49,728 bases of DNA from Candidatus Iainarchaeum sp. (GTDB taxonomy: Archaea; Iainarchaeota; Iainarchaeia; JAFGOX01). The position numbers and the translations under genes were made by a program. The notes beneath the pieces were generated by a model. It ran no database searches and was not told the DNA's origin. It saw nothing but the letters and a program-made list of their open reading frames with translations. The DNA lies in the NCBI GenBank assembly GCA_016926295.1, contig JAFGOX010000032.1:1-49728 (forward strand). The letters run 5' to 3'. Below are positions 28,050 through 37,602 of this stretch, piece by piece (positions within the stretch are counted from its first letter, which is position 1; every line of letters starts with the position of its first letter).

Positions 28050-29396
28050 ATGGAAAGCAAGCTAGGTTCGAGCCTAAGACGTGCTTTTGATAAGCTTACA
28101 AAATCCTCTGCAATAAGCGAAAATGAAATCAACGAATTCAAAAAAGACATTCAGCGGGCATTGATTTCATCTGATGTTAATATTCAGGATGTAATGAAAA
28201 TCTCAAAGGAGATTGAAAACAAGGCAAAGGAAAAAATGGCCTCTGGTTTTACAAAAAAGGAGCACCTGACAAAGGCAACCTATGACATTCTTGTTCAGTT
28301 CATGGGTGGAGACAAGTCAAAAGAAAGTCTGCCGCAGGGAAAAATATTATTCTTAGGTTTATTTGGCGCAGGAAAGACAACTACTGTCGGAAAACTTGCA
28401 AAGATGTATTCAAAAAGAAATATCAAAGTGGGCGTAATCGGCGCAGACGTCTGGAGGCCTGCAGCTTATGAGCAGCTTAGGCAAAACGTTCACGACTTAC
28501 CGATAAAATTCTACGGAGACCCTAAAGAAAAAGACCCGGTAAAAATAATTGAAAAAGGAATGAAAGAAATCGGCCCAGTTGATGTTCTGTTTGTGGACTC
28601 TGCAGGAAGATCTGGTTTGGATGATGAGCTGGTTGATGAGATAAAAGCAATAGACAAAGCCCTGAAGCCACAGGAAACATGGCTTGTAATGTCTGCGGAC
28701 ATGGGGCAAAGCGCAGGAAAGCAGGCAGAAGCATTCCATAACGCTGTCGGAGTCACAGGGGTAATTTTAACAAAAACAGAAGGTTCAGCAAAAGGTGGTG
28801 GAGCCCTTTCTGCATGTGCAAAAACAGGGGCCCCAGTATTGTTCATAGGAACGGGTGAGAAAAGAGAGGACATTGAGTTCTTCGACCCAATGAGATACCT
28901 GTCAAGAATAATGGGTTACGGAGACTTGGAAGGACTTTTGGAAAAAGCAAGGGAAGTTGCAGAAGAAGAAGCACTTTCGCCGCAGGAAATGCTGGAAAAG
29001 GAATTTGACTTGGAAATGTTCTACAAGCAATTGAAAGCAACCAGAAAAATGGGCCCGCTGAACAAAGTGTTTGGAATGATGGGTGTCGGCTCTGAGGTTC
29101 CGAAAGAACTTCTTGAGGGCGGAGAAGAAATGCTGGAAAAATTCGGCCACATAATGGATTCAATGACAAAATATGAGAGAAAAAATCCTGATGTCCTGAC
29201 AAAATCCAGAATACTGAGGGTAGCAAAGGGTTCGGGAACAAAAGAAGAGGATGTTCGCGCACTATTAAAGAATTTCAAGAAAACAAAACAGCTGTTCAAA
29301 GGATTCAAAAGCGGAAAAATAAAACGACAACTTAAGCAGATGAAAAAGATGGGAATGCAGGTTCCGAATCTTGACAAATTAGAAGAATTGGGATGA
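28050..29396 (+). CDS. srp54: Signal recognition particle protein SRP54
   Basis: The NG domain has GLFGAGKTTT and DSAGR. The M domain is methionine-rich (MGMMGVG, KQMKKMGMQ). Confidence 0.92.
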   Translation: MESKLGSSLRRAFDKLTKSSAISENEINEFKKDIQRALISSDVNIQDVMKISKEIENKAKEKMASGFTKKEHLTKATYDILVQFMGGDKSKESLPQGKILFLGLFGAGKTTTVGKLAKMYSKRNIKVGVIGADVWRPAAYEQLRQNVHDLPIKFYGDPKEKDPVKIIEKGMKEIGPVDVLFVDSAGRSGLDDELVDEIKAIDKALKPQETWLVMSADMGQSAGKQAEAFHNAVGVTGVILTKTEGSAKGGGALSACAKTGAPVLFIGTGEKREDIEFFDPMRYLSRIMGYGDLEGLLEKAREVAEEEALSPQEMLEKEFDLEMFYKQLKATRKMGPLNKVFGMMGVGSEVPKELLEGGEEMLEKFGHIMDSMTKYERKNPDVLTKSRILRVAKGSGTKEEDVRALLKNFKKTKQLFKGFKSGKIKRQLKQMKKMGMQVPNLDKLEELG

Positions 29397-29400
29397 TAAA

Positions 29401-29928
29401 ATGAGGTATGCGGTTATTGGAGATACACATATCCCTGAAAGAGCGGAAAAAATCCCGCAGCGATTTATAGACATGATAAAGGAAAGGGCTCCGGACAAAA
29501 TAATTGCTACTGGAGATTTCACTGAACCTGACACATTGAATAAAATAACTGAACTTGGCGAAACAATTGCAGTAAGGGGAAACATGGATGAATTTGAATT
29601 GCCGGCCTACAAATTCTTTTCTGATGAGACTGCTTTTGTTTTAGTAACTCACGGAACAGGAATCATGCCAAGGGGCGATACTGATACGCTTGTTAAAATA
29701 GCAAAGGACGCAGGCGCAAACATCATTGTTACAGGACACACCCACATACTGGAAGTAAAGTTCGTTGACGGGGTCCTGATTGTTAATCCCGGCTCAGCAA
29801 CCGGTGCATGGGGCGGTGGAGGCGGAAGCGAAAAAGAATCAATGCTGTTCATGCACATAGAAAAAAACAAAGTCTCGCTTTTTATGTTCGAGGGCGACAA
29901 AAGCTCAAAAGCGGTGTACAAACTATGA
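29401..29928 (+). CDS. MJ0936/YfcE-family metallophosphoesterase
   Basis: The motifs GDTHIP, GDF, GNMD and GHTH are present. Length is 175 aa. Confidence 0.85.
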   Translation: MRYAVIGDTHIPERAEKIPQRFIDMIKERAPDKIIATGDFTEPDTLNKITELGETIAVRGNMDEFELPAYKFFSDETAFVLVTHGTGIMPRGDTDTLVKIAKDAGANIIVTGHTHILEVKFVDGVLIVNPGSATGAWGGGGGSEKESMLFMHIEKNKVSLFMFEGDKSSKAVYKL

Positions 29929-30485
29929 GAACTTTTGTAATGGTCACCAACTTGGCTCAGACAGACGGAGATTTTTCATTGAATGGTTTGCCTAATGCAG
30001 GAAGGATGGATGTAATCTGCAGGTGCGTTAACTCTGCATTCTGGCTTTCTGACAATCTAAGAAATGATACTGTTTTTTACATTGTGATGCGAGGGGCGCC
30101 GAATCCTCCAATTACCCTGAAATTTGTTGGAGAAGAGCTGAAAAGAATGAGCCCTGATGAAAGAAACATTGCAAGCCACATAAAGAACCTGCTTTCAACA
30201 AAACCAGGAAAAATCTGGCAGACAGACGGAATGGGTTTGTATGCAAAAAAGATAGACCTTGATGGCCTGCTGGGGGAAATCAAAGGGGAAATAATATATC
30301 TTGACAAAAATGGGAAAATTGAAGAACTAAAGGAAGATTTTGTTTATGTAATGGGCGACAATAAGGGCTATTCGGAAAAAGATATTGAACTGCTTTCCAA
30401 AAAAGGGAAAAAAGTCAGTCTGGGAAAAACAGAATACCTGAGCAGTCAGTGCATTACAATAATAAATTACAAACTGGACGGATGA
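29925..30485 (+). CDS. trmY: tRNA (pseudouridine54-N1)-methyltransferase TrmY (SPOUT, DUF358)
   Basis: The product begins MRTFVMVTNLAQTDGDFSLNGLPNAGRMDVICRCVNSAFWLS. Its start overlaps the upstream stop as ATGA. The longer track ORF (29808) is an upstream read-through. Confidence 0.8.
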   Translation: MRTFVMVTNLAQTDGDFSLNGLPNAGRMDVICRCVNSAFWLSDNLRNDTVFYIVMRGAPNPPITLKFVGEELKRMSPDERNIASHIKNLLSTKPGKIWQTDGMGLYAKKIDLDGLLGEIKGEIIYLDKNGKIEELKEDFVYVMGDNKGYSEKDIELLSKKGKKVSLGKTEYLSSQCITIINYKLDG

Positions 30486-30487
30486 AC

Positions 30488-31612
30488 ATGGAGAAAATAA
30501 GACTCTGCGAACGCTGCACAAAAAGATACTCGCGCATTCCAAAAGAAGAAATTGCGACAACAAACGAAAAGGAGTGCCCGGCCTGCAGAAACATATTTTC
30601 AAAGAAAAAGGAAATGATGCAGCTCGTTGAGAAAACCGTAAAGGAATACGAATTTGATAATTTTCTTCTTGGCTGCATACTTCCTGACAAAATAATTGAT
30701 TTTGAAACCGAAATGATAGAGAAATATGAGCATGAAGACCAGAGAAGCATAAAGCAGGACATCAATCAGGAAATAGGAAGCGAATTTGAAAAGCGCTGGA
30801 AAAAAGAAGTCAATTTCACAAATCCGGAAATAATGATTATTCTAGATTACATAGGAAACAAAGTAAAACTGCAGATAAAACCCGTTTACATCTACGGAAG
30901 ATACAACAAATACGAAAGAGGATTGCCGCAGACAAAGTGGCCATGCAGGAAATGCCGCGGAAGAGGATGCAAGCAATGCAACAACACAGGAAAGCAGTAC
31001 GGGGAAACACTCGAAGAATTAGTTGCAGTCCCTTTTGTCGAAGCATCACAGGCAAAGAATGAAAGCTTCCATGGCGGAGGAAGAGAAGACATTGATGCAG
31101 TAATGCTTGGAACCGGAAGACCCTTTGTCTTGGAACTTATTGACCCTAAAATAAGAAAGATTGATTTGAAGAAACTTGAGAAAGTAGTTAATGAAAAAAA
31201 CAAGGACCGGGTTGCGATTCATGATTTGGAATTCACAGAAAAGAAAAAGGTCGTTGACATAAAAGCGGCAAAACATGACAAAACATATATTGCATTAACT
31301 AGATGCAGCGAATCCATTACAAATTCAGACATAGCAAAAATAAACAAAATAAAAGACATGAAACTTGAGCAATACACCCCAAAGAGAGTTGAGAACAGAA
31401 GGGCAAAACTGACAAGGGAAAGAACTGTTTATTATGTAAAAGCAGAGCGTGTTGAAAGGGATCTGCTTAAACTTGAAATAAAAGCTGAAACAGGCACATA
31501 CATAAAAGAGTTTATATCTAGTGATAACGGGCGCACAAAACCAAGCATAACCGAAATAATAGGGAAACCCTGCATTTGCGAGGCGCTGGATGTTATTAAT
31601 ATCGAGGGATAG
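30488..31612 (+). CDS. pus10: tRNA pseudouridine synthase Pus10
   Basis: Zinc motifs are CERC...CPAC and CRKCRGRGCKQC. The catalytic region is GGGREDIDAVMLGTGRPF. The start could instead be 30482 (ATGA overlap with trmY). Confidence 0.85.
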   Translation: MEKIRLCERCTKRYSRIPKEEIATTNEKECPACRNIFSKKKEMMQLVEKTVKEYEFDNFLLGCILPDKIIDFETEMIEKYEHEDQRSIKQDINQEIGSEFEKRWKKEVNFTNPEIMIILDYIGNKVKLQIKPVYIYGRYNKYERGLPQTKWPCRKCRGRGCKQCNNTGKQYGETLEELVAVPFVEASQAKNESFHGGGREDIDAVMLGTGRPFVLELIDPKIRKIDLKKLEKVVNEKNKDRVAIHDLEFTEKKKVVDIKAAKHDKTYIALTRCSESITNSDIAKINKIKDMKLEQYTPKRVENRRAKLTRERTVYYVKAERVERDLLKLEIKAETGTYIKEFISSDNGRTKPSITEIIGKPCICEALDVINIEG

Positions 31613-31614
31613 AT

Positions 31615-32442
31615 ATGGAATTACTGCTCATTAAACAGGCTGTGGCACTCATAGGAACAGCAATAAGCGCGATAACTGACTGGAAAACAGGCTACATCTA
31701 CGATAAAATCACTTACCCTATCATTGCCATTGGTTTATTGCTCACATTGTTAAGCCTAAACCCAGCTTTCATAGTAAATACCCTAATTATGGCCGGACTG
31801 GTGTTCGGAATAGGCTATGCCCTTTATTATACCGGGCAGGTTGGCGGCGGGGATGTCAAGCTGTTTGTTGGTCTTACCCTGCTTCTTCCAATGACTGTCG
31901 AACCTGGACTTCCTGCTGTTTTCATGATACTGGTAGTTGCCACACTGATAAACGTGCTGACCACCATAACTTATTACGGAACAAAGTATGTCCTTTATGA
32001 AAAAAAGAAGGAGCTGAAACTTAACAAAATAATAATAGGGGCGGCGCTGGTAGTCCTGTCAGCAATGTATGTCAATATTCTGTTTAACCTGGAAATGCTT
32101 ACTGGCTTTGGAATGGCGCTGATTGTAGTCCCCTTAATTGCGGCTATTTTCTACACGGTATTTGGGGATGATATGACTGACAAGGCGTTCTCAAAGAAAA
32201 TCCTAATTTCAAAGATACAGGACGGGGATGTTCTTGCCCCGAACAAAATAGACAAGAAAATAAGGGCAATACTGGGCTCAAAAAAGGTGCTTGACGAGGC
32301 TGCAATAAAGAAACTTAAAAAATACAAAATAAAGGAAGTCTGGATATATGCAAATGCTCCGACTTTCGGACCCGCTATTTTTATCGCGACATTAATAATC
32401 GTATTTTGGCCGGACTGGTTCCTTCTAGCACTGCTTATTTAA
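31615..32442 (+). CDS. A24-family prepilin/preflagellin peptidase with an extra C-proximal soluble segment
   Basis: The catalytic Asp contexts are ITDWKTGYI and GGGDVKLF. The protein is polytopic. A charged insert of about 60 aa (DKAFSKKILISKIQDGDVL...KKYKIKEV) precedes the last TM helix. Confidence 0.8.
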   Translation: MELLLIKQAVALIGTAISAITDWKTGYIYDKITYPIIAIGLLLTLLSLNPAFIVNTLIMAGLVFGIGYALYYTGQVGGGDVKLFVGLTLLLPMTVEPGLPAVFMILVVATLINVLTTITYYGTKYVLYEKKKELKLNKIIIGAALVVLSAMYVNILFNLEMLTGFGMALIVVPLIAAIFYTVFGDDMTDKAFSKKILISKIQDGDVLAPNKIDKKIRAILGSKKVLDEAAIKKLKKYKIKEVWIYANAPTFGPAIFIATLIIVFWPDWFLLALLI

Positions 32443-32580
32443 AACCCAACACCGTGGGCCCCCTAAGAGACCCATCGGTAATGGGGGGAGAAATTGTATT
32501 TAATTAGTACCTGTTACTACGCAGTTATGGTATAAAAACCTTTCCTTTTTAAAGGGTGAAAAAGGCTTATAATACGTTTT

Positions 32581-32925
32581 ATGCACAACATTCTTATGGT
32601 GGGTAAATTGAATGTTCCTGATTATTTGAATGCCCCTTGGCTAACTAGGGACTATATTGAGAACTGGGGTTGGGTGCCAACAAGCGGTGATGTTGACCTG
32701 AAACCAGTTACAGAAACTCCTTTTGGTGAATTGCCACTGAAAAGCCGGGATGAATTCAAAGCAGGAGACATAATTATCTTTTATGATGCTGAAGAACGCG
32801 AAGTAGATGGAAAAATAGAAACAGATAGATTCATTACAGTTGAACAATGTGAAATAGATCTTTACAAACAAGGAAAAGCAGACTTACTTCCACACGGGGT
32901 AGTAGTCCATCCTCCAAAATTATAA
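32581..32925 (+). CDS. Hypothetical protein
   Basis: A 114-aa ORF with no recognisable motif. It is preceded by a 138-bp non-coding gap. Confidence 0.4.
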   Translation: MHNILMVGKLNVPDYLNAPWLTRDYIENWGWVPTSGDVDLKPVTETPFGELPLKSRDEFKAGDIIIFYDAEEREVDGKIETDRFITVEQCEIDLYKQGKADLLPHGVVVHPPKL

Positions 32926-33981
32926 AAACTTATTCTCCACTCCTGCACCTTCAACAGATATAACGGCCGGCTTGTCTTGTTCCCCATCAACTTTGAACTT
33001 GACTGGGAGCAATTGCTCTGCAACCCAAATATTTGTCATAGTATGCATGGAAAGAAAGGTAGTGTAAATTTCTGATTTTCCTTTTGCCAGGGCCATATAT
33101 GGAATTAATTGGTCTGCCAGGTAAGGGCCGACAGGCGCTTTGATTTTAAGATATTCAAGCAGCTCGTACGCCGCTTTTGTTCCGATGTCTGTAGCCTCCT
33201 GGCCTTTTTCAAGCAAGGCACTTGCGCCAATTACGCCACCAGTAGTAGTATACGCCCATAGGCTTATTCCTGCCCCGCGGGTTTGCGCAACGCCCTTTTG
33301 CTCATTTTCATTTAAAATAACGTCCTCGATTCCTGCTTCAGTAAACACATGCAATGCCGCAAGCTTAATCTCCCGTAAAATATCTGATGGCAATCCTGCT
33401 GAATGAACTGTGCCTTCAATGTAGTCAATGTTTCCAAAATCAGTTATTTTTATTTTTCTAAGATACTGCGAAGGATTCGAATGAAAAACTATTCGCCCGT
33501 TTCCCTTTGGATAATATCCCCGGTTCACAAGCTTTGCGGTTCCGCGGTATTTCATTTTTGACAAAGTCGGAAGCAGAACATTAATCAAAAAATCAGACGG
33601 TGGCGACCACGCAACATCGGTTCCGCCAAGAATCTTCAAATCAAGCGCAGTTGGAAGAAACACTGTCGCTGGCATCAGCGCCTGCAAAACAAGGCTTATT
33701 GAACCCGCAGTGCCAACATTCATTGAAAAATTCCCGCCCGATAATTCCTTTGGGGAAAAGGTTATCTTCTGCGAGCCCAAATCAACGCCCTTGTCTTCTG
33801 ACTTGGCAATCAGTCTGTATGCTTTTATTGCAGAAATATGCTGGGCTTTCAGTCCTGGCTTTGGTCTCCCTTCCCTGATTTTGTCAACACTTATCTCCTG
33901 TCCGGTTATTGATGCAAGTGCAAGGGCTGTACGAAGTATCTGTCCTCCACCCTCCAATTGTGATCCATCCAATTCTATCAT
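32920..33981 (-). CDS. rtcA: RNA 3'-terminal phosphate cyclase
   Basis: The N-terminus reads DGSQLEGGGQILRTALALASITGQ. Length is 353 aa. Confidence 0.88.
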   Translation of the reverse strand: MIELDGSQLEGGGQILRTALALASITGQEISVDKIREGRPKPGLKAQHISAIKAYRLIAKSEDKGVDLGSQKITFSPKELSGGNFSMNVGTAGSISLVLQALMPATVFLPTALDLKILGGTDVAWSPPSDFLINVLLPTLSKMKYRGTAKLVNRGYYPKGNGRIVFHSNPSQYLRKIKITDFGNIDYIEGTVHSAGLPSDILREIKLAALHVFTEAGIEDVILNENEQKGVAQTRGAGISLWAYTTTGGVIGASALLEKGQEATDIGTKAAYELLEYLKIKAPVGPYLADQLIPYMALAKGKSEIYTTFLSMHTMTNIWVAEQLLPVKFKVDGEQDKPAVISVEGAGVENKFL

Positions 33982-33985
33982 TCAC

Positions 33986-35260
33986 TCACCAAATAAAAAA
34001 TACAAACGCAACTACAGTTATAAGTCCTGCAAATGCCGCATACAGGCCCAAAGACAACGCTTCTTTTTTGGCGCAGGGCCAGCATGCAATAAAGGTCTTT
34101 GAAATCATATCAAAAACAGAAACAATGATAGCAAGCAAAGCTGCGGTTATAAAATTCATTGTGCCATTTCCAGAAAAGAAAGCTATGCTTGAAATAACTG
34201 CGCTTGAGCTTACAAGACTGAACAAAAGGGAAGTTAAAATAAATGCATCAAAGCCCACATAAGTTCTAAACAAATCCTGTGCCAAAAACACCGCACCAAA
34301 AATAAGCCCCACTTTGAATGCATATTTAACTGAGAAAGGTGTCTGGAATTCAAGTTTCAGAGCTTTGCTAAGCTTGAAAGCCGACGGCTGGGCCTTATAG
34401 TAAAGGAAAACCAGCAAACCGGCCATGAAAACAAACATAATAATGAAAGGCGGAGCAGCCCAGTAAACCAAAGGAATAGAAAAGAAGGAAATAAGCGCTA
34501 TGTTTCTTATGAAACTACTTGTGAAAACACTTACAAGACCCAGTGGCAGCAGCTGTGATATCTGCGGCTTGTGTTGTGCCACTTCCCTGAATCTTATTGC
34601 AAACACAGAGGAACTTATTAATCCTGACGAAAAACCAACTGTTAAAAGGGTCTTATCGGATGTCAGCAAACGCGTTGCAAGGAAACCAAGGAATGAGACT
34701 ATTGAAACAAAGAAAATGAATGTGATAAATTTCTTCAATGGAAAGGATATTCCGTAAAGCGCGACAGATTCAACCGGAATAAAAGTGTAAAGTAAAAATG
34801 CAACAATTATGAACTCCAGCCCATCTGCAAGTTCGCTGTATGTTAACTGGCTTACAAAAGAGTGGAGCTTTGCCCTTTCAAAAAGAATTATTGTAATCAG
34901 GATTGCAATAAGCACGGCTTCAAAAATAAAAGAGTAGAAAACAAGTGCACCCGCAAGGAAAGTTATTACAAAGGCAAACAATGTCGTAAGCCCGAAATGT
35001 AGTTTTTTATCCATGCTAAAAATATATTGTGCGAACGCAAAAACAATAATAGAAATGTAGGATATAATCATAATGATTTGATTTTCCATAAGAAGCGAAA
35101 GGTACGCTGAAAGCGCTCCAAAAAGACTGACAAGGCTGAAAGTCCTTAGTCCTGCAATGCTTTGTTTCTTGGTGAATTCTCTTTCAATTCCAATAAGTGC
35201 GCCAACCGCCAGTGCTAAAATAAGATTCTGCACAAAAACGAAAGGGTCAAGCGCAATCAT
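33986..35260 (-). CDS. MgtC/DUF4010-family integral membrane protein
   Basis: The 424-aa product is highly hydrophobic. The N-terminus (ALAVGALIGIEREF) is typical of MgtC/SapB. Confidence 0.7.
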   Translation of the reverse strand: MIALDPFVFVQNLILALAVGALIGIEREFTKKQSIAGLRTFSLVSLFGALSAYLSLLMENQIIMIISYISIIVFAFAQYIFSMDKKLHFGLTTLFAFVITFLAGALVFYSFIFEAVLIAILITIILFERAKLHSFVSQLTYSELADGLEFIIVAFLLYTFIPVESVALYGISFPLKKFITFIFFVSIVSFLGFLATRLLTSDKTLLTVGFSSGLISSSVFAIRFREVAQHKPQISQLLPLGLVSVFTSSFIRNIALISFFSIPLVYWAAPPFIIMFVFMAGLLVFLYYKAQPSAFKLSKALKLEFQTPFSVKYAFKVGLIFGAVFLAQDLFRTYVGFDAFILTSLLFSLVSSSAVISSIAFFSGNGTMNFITAALLAIIVSVFDMISKTFIACWPCAKKEALSLGLYAAFAGLITVVAFVFFIW

Positions 35261-35264
35261 AGTA

Positions 35265-36203
35265 TCACTTAAGCTCAGGAGCCCATCTTGCGATGCTTTC
35301 CTGTATGGTGTATTTCGGGGCGAATCCCAGTTTCTCTATTTTCGATACATCCATCCGCCTGTCTTTAAGAAGTCTGTCAATTGATTGTTTCTGCATTGAA
35401 AGTTTTGGCTGCACGCCTTTTAATTTGCACTTAAGACTGTAAACAAAGGAAAGTATGTATATCAGCCAGACCGGAACTGTTTTCGTTATTTCGCCTTTGC
35501 CAATCTGCTTTCTTATTTCTCTGTAGATTTCGCCGTAAGTCATCTGGTTCTTTGCCGTGATATTGTAAATCTGGTTAAGCGCGTGCTTGTTATCCTTCAC
35601 GAAAAACAGGGCTTCTGAAAAATCATCAACATCAACCAGTGGCCAGTAATTCGCTCCGGTACCGATAAGGGGGTAATCCTCTTTTGCCGCCTTTATTATA
35701 TTTTTCCAATAAACATTAGGCCCTATAACAACCGGTGCCCTTACAACAGTATAAGGAATTCCCGAGTAGATAACTTCTTTCTCTGAAAGAACTTTTGTTT
35801 CTTCATACGGTGTCTGGGGATAGTATTCCTCAAGTTCAGTAGTGGGCTGGTGGGCGGTGCTTAGTATTCCGACAGTTCCGGGGAAAACAATCTGCTTTAT
35901 TGATTTTCCCTTTGCTGCTGCAACAACGTTCTTTGTTCCGTCAACATTCACACCATAAAGATTTTGGTTCTGCTCGTCAGTGATTCCTGCAAGATGATAA
36001 ACAATATCCGGTTTAAGTTTTTCAAAGGCCTGAAGGACGTCCCCAAGCTTTGTAACATCCCCTATGTAATATTTGGCTCCGGCCTTTTCAAGTTCGGAAT
36101 CCGCTTCCCTGTCAAAAATGTAAATTGTATCCTTTCCTTTCAGAAGAAGTTTTGAGAGGCGCTTACCGATAAAACCGTTTCCGCCAGTAACAAGGATTTT
36201 CAT
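35265..36203 (-). CDS. NAD-dependent epimerase/dehydratase (SDR family)
   Basis: The Rossmann motif is VTGGNGFIGKRL and the catalytic motif is YEETK (YxxxK). Confidence 0.85.
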   Translation of the reverse strand: MKILVTGGNGFIGKRLSKLLLKGKDTIYIFDREADSELEKAGAKYYIGDVTKLGDVLQAFEKLKPDIVYHLAGITDEQNQNLYGVNVDGTKNVVAAAKGKSIKQIVFPGTVGILSTAHQPTTELEEYYPQTPYEETKVLSEKEVIYSGIPYTVVRAPVVIGPNVYWKNIIKAAKEDYPLIGTGANYWPLVDVDDFSEALFFVKDNKHALNQIYNITAKNQMTYGEIYREIRKQIGKGEITKTVPVWLIYILSFVYSLKCKLKGVQPKLSMQKQSIDRLLKDRRMDVSKIEKLGFAPKYTIQESIARWAPELK

Positions 36204-36234
36204 AAATATAAAATCAAAGAGAAGATATATAAAG

Positions 36235-37017
36235 CTAAAGTTTCTCTTTTCCGGCTTTCTTGATGTTCACTGCAAGCTCTTCTATTTTCTTTTCTATTTT
36301 TTCCAGGCTGCCGTTGTTCTCGATTACAGTTCCGATTCTGATGTCATCTGCGCCGGCCTTAACTGCCTGGTATGCATCTTCTCCGGTTCTTACTCCGCCA
36401 CCGACTGAAAGCGGGATTGTGATTAGCTTCTTCGCAGCGGCAATTGCTTCAAATGGGGGAGCTAAATCCGCACCAGAGCCACCCTCAAGCAAAACAATCT
36501 GTGCTCCAAGATATTCTCCTGCCAAGGCAGAGTATGCTGTAAGGTATGGTATGTTTCTCGGAAGAAGGTTAACATCTCCGACCCAGCCTACTGCTGCGCC
36601 CGGCGACATTACAAGGTAAGTTGTTGGAATTACCTCTATGTTCACGTGCCTTACATGAGGGGCGACAGTTATCTGGGCCTGTGAAATCCAATAAGGGTTT
36701 CTTGAATTAAGCAAGCTCATAAAATAAATAGCATCTGCCTCTTTGGAAACAGTTCCTACGCCACCTGGGAAAAGAATTACCGGCAGCTCAGACTTCTCTT
36801 TAATCTCAAGAACGGTCTGGTCTAATAATTCACCCTGTGCACCTACAGAACCGCCCACAATACATAAGTCAGCGCCTTTCTTGGCACCTATCTTAGCAAT
36901 CTGTCCGGCACGCTCAGGTGACTGATCTGGAGGATCGAACAATAAAGAAAGAACTGCACCGTCCTCTTGTATACGCTTTTTTAGAAATTCAAATGTCTTT
37001 GTATCTTTCGTCCCCAT
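36235..37017 (-). CDS. Geranylgeranylglyceryl phosphate synthase (PcrB/GGGPS family)
   Basis: The product has LLFDPPDQSPE...IVGGSVG...LLEGGSG...SVGGGVRTGEDA, a TIM-barrel GGGPS signature. Confidence 0.85.
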   Translation of the reverse strand: MGTKDTKTFEFLKKRIQEDGAVLSLLFDPPDQSPERAGQIAKIGAKKGADLCIVGGSVGAQGELLDQTVLEIKEKSELPVILFPGGVGTVSKEADAIYFMSLLNSRNPYWISQAQITVAPHVRHVNIEVIPTTYLVMSPGAAVGWVGDVNLLPRNIPYLTAYSALAGEYLGAQIVLLEGGSGADLAPPFEAIAAAKKLITIPLSVGGGVRTGEDAYQAVKAGADDIRIGTVIENNGSLEKIEKKIEELAVNIKKAGKEKL

Positions 37018-37108
37018 TATATCGGGCTCCTTTAAACTGTAAATTAGGCTGTTCCCTTGAAATATAGTTAATACGTGGGCAAGAGTATATAAACATTGTT
37101 TTTAGGCT

Positions 37109-37531
37109 TTAAAACATCTCGATTACGCCGTCTTTGCATTCTACAAAGTCCCCTATACGTCGTTTATATTCCTTATAAAGGGCGTTTACGGCTGTTTCAT
37201 TGACCCTCATTTTCCCAAAGCATTTATGGGGCACCAGGGCTCCTGAAAAGGTCTTTGGCACATGGAGCAATTCATGCAAAATAGTCTTCTGTTTGTCCTC
37301 GAAAGAGAGCCTGTCAAAGCGTGTAGAAATGACCTCTATGACGTAATGTGCCTGAATTTTGAGGGCTTTCTGCCATATATCTGGCATTGACCATATCCTG
37401 GCTATTGCATTGTTCTTTGTACCCCTACTTCTCATGCAAACTATCCTTGTTGAATCGACATGCTTCAAATCGAGCTTGAAAACCAGGTCCTCCATGATTG
37501 CCTGTACATCAGGGGCCAATTCCACATCCAT
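37109..37531 (-). CDS. Predicted zinc metallopeptidase (HExxH, SprT/COG4900-like)
   Basis: The product is 140 aa and contains ILHELLHVPKTFSG. The family assignment is from memory only. Confidence 0.55.
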   Translation of the reverse strand: MDVELAPDVQAIMEDLVFKLDLKHVDSTRIVCMRSRGTKNNAIARIWSMPDIWQKALKIQAHYVIEVISTRFDRLSFEDKQKTILHELLHVPKTFSGALVPHKCFGKMRVNETAVNALYKEYKRRIGDFVECKDGVIEMF

Positions 37532-37602
37532 ATAGGATATTTCGGCGAAAGCAATATTAAAGCTTTCTAATATATATAGTAAGCTAATTTCTGAGGGGTA
37601 GA

